IMG/VR virus record: IMGVR_UViG_3300025018_000078
Coordinates: 1-34,796 of that record
Length of the DNA stretch: 34,796 bases
Strand: one strand, 5' to 3'
Source of the DNA: a virus
Taxonomy: Duplodnaviria > Caudoviricetes
Shown here: piece by piece, positions 34,457 through 34,796 of the stretch
How positions within the stretch are numbered: the first letter of the stretch is position 1
Layout: the number at the start of each line of letters is the position of its first letter
The notes under the pieces: generated by a model
The model's input: the letters and a program-made list of their open reading frames with translations, nothing else
The model's database searches: none
What the model was told of the DNA's origin: nothing
Program-made: the position numbers and the translations under genes

Positions 34457-34796
34457 ATGACCGAAGCAGAAAAGATTATTGATAGCTTGAAAGAGGTTTT
34501 CGCAATCGCAAAAACAGGTTTTGACGATTTTAAAAAGGATGCGAAAGAGATTGCCAGCGGTTACTACAGCAAGGCAGCGTCCAGCGGTGACTACAGCAAG
34601 GCAGCGTCCAGCGGTTACTACAGCAAGGCAGCGTCCAGCGGTGACAGCAGCACGGCAGCGTCCAGCGGTTACTACAGCAAGGCAGCGTCCAGCGGTGACT
34701 ACAGCAAGGCAGCGTCCAGCGGTTACTACAGCAAGGCAGCGTCCAGCGGTAACAACAGCACGGCAGCGTCCAGCGGTAACAACAGCACGGCAGCGT
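34457..34796 (+). CDS. N-terminal part of a 9-aa-repeat (AASSG[YDN][YNS]S[KT]) phage protein; continues across the genome junction into 2..712
   Basis: ATG at 34457 after AAGGAAAGGG RBS; reads MTEAEKIIDSLKEVFAIAKTGFDDFKKDAKEIASGYYSKAASSGDYSK... and stays open to the window end; missing from the ORF track because it has no stop in the window. Confidence 0.85.
   Translation, partial: MTEAEKIIDSLKEVFAIAKTGFDDFKKDAKEIASGYYSKAASSGDYSKAASSGYYSKAASSGDSSTAASSGYYSKAASSGDYSKAASSGYYSKAASSGNNSTAASSGNNSTAA
34554..34796 (+). repeat. 27-bp coding tandem repeat, about 9 units; the last 35 nt equal window bases 1-35 (terminal overlap, circular assembly)
   Basis: Direct comparison: ggcagcgtccagcggtaacaacagcacggcagcgt at both 1-35 and 34762-34796. 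Confidence 0.95.

Noticed and set aside
34554-34796. CRISPR array
   Set aside because: The period is 27 nt, the variable parts are short and recur, the array is an open reading frame, and there is no cas operon

Overview
The window looks like a complete, circularly permuted ~34.8 kb tailed phage genome with podovirus-type architecture. A perfect CtrA box hints at an alphaproteobacterial host. Bases 1-35 are identical to 34762-34796, and one ORF with a 27-bp tandem repeat runs across the junction. The minus strand carries primase-helicase, terminase, portal, scaffold, major capsid, adaptor, nozzle, ejection proteins, tail fibre, an SGNH hydrolase and a lysis cassette. The plus strand carries a PD-(D/E)XK nuclease, a RuvC-like resolvase, an HTH regulator, many small early genes, a PAPS-reductase-like gene broken by an in-frame TAA, and an RtcB RNA ligase followed 6 nt later by tRNA-Pro(UGG) with an atypical A37. 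I recognised no integrase, DNA polymerase or RNA polymerase. The most novel-looking signal is non-coding. A structured, potentially pseudoknotted RNA motif with compensatory base changes occurs twice (30298-30395 and 34321-34398). Each copy starts at a predicted sigma70 transcription start and is followed by a terminator-like hairpin and an RBS, and one copy heads the gene cluster ending in rtcB-tRNA. A separate tRNA-like cloverleaf ending in GCCA lies at 27858-27953. All product calls come from motif recognition and synteny, not database searches.
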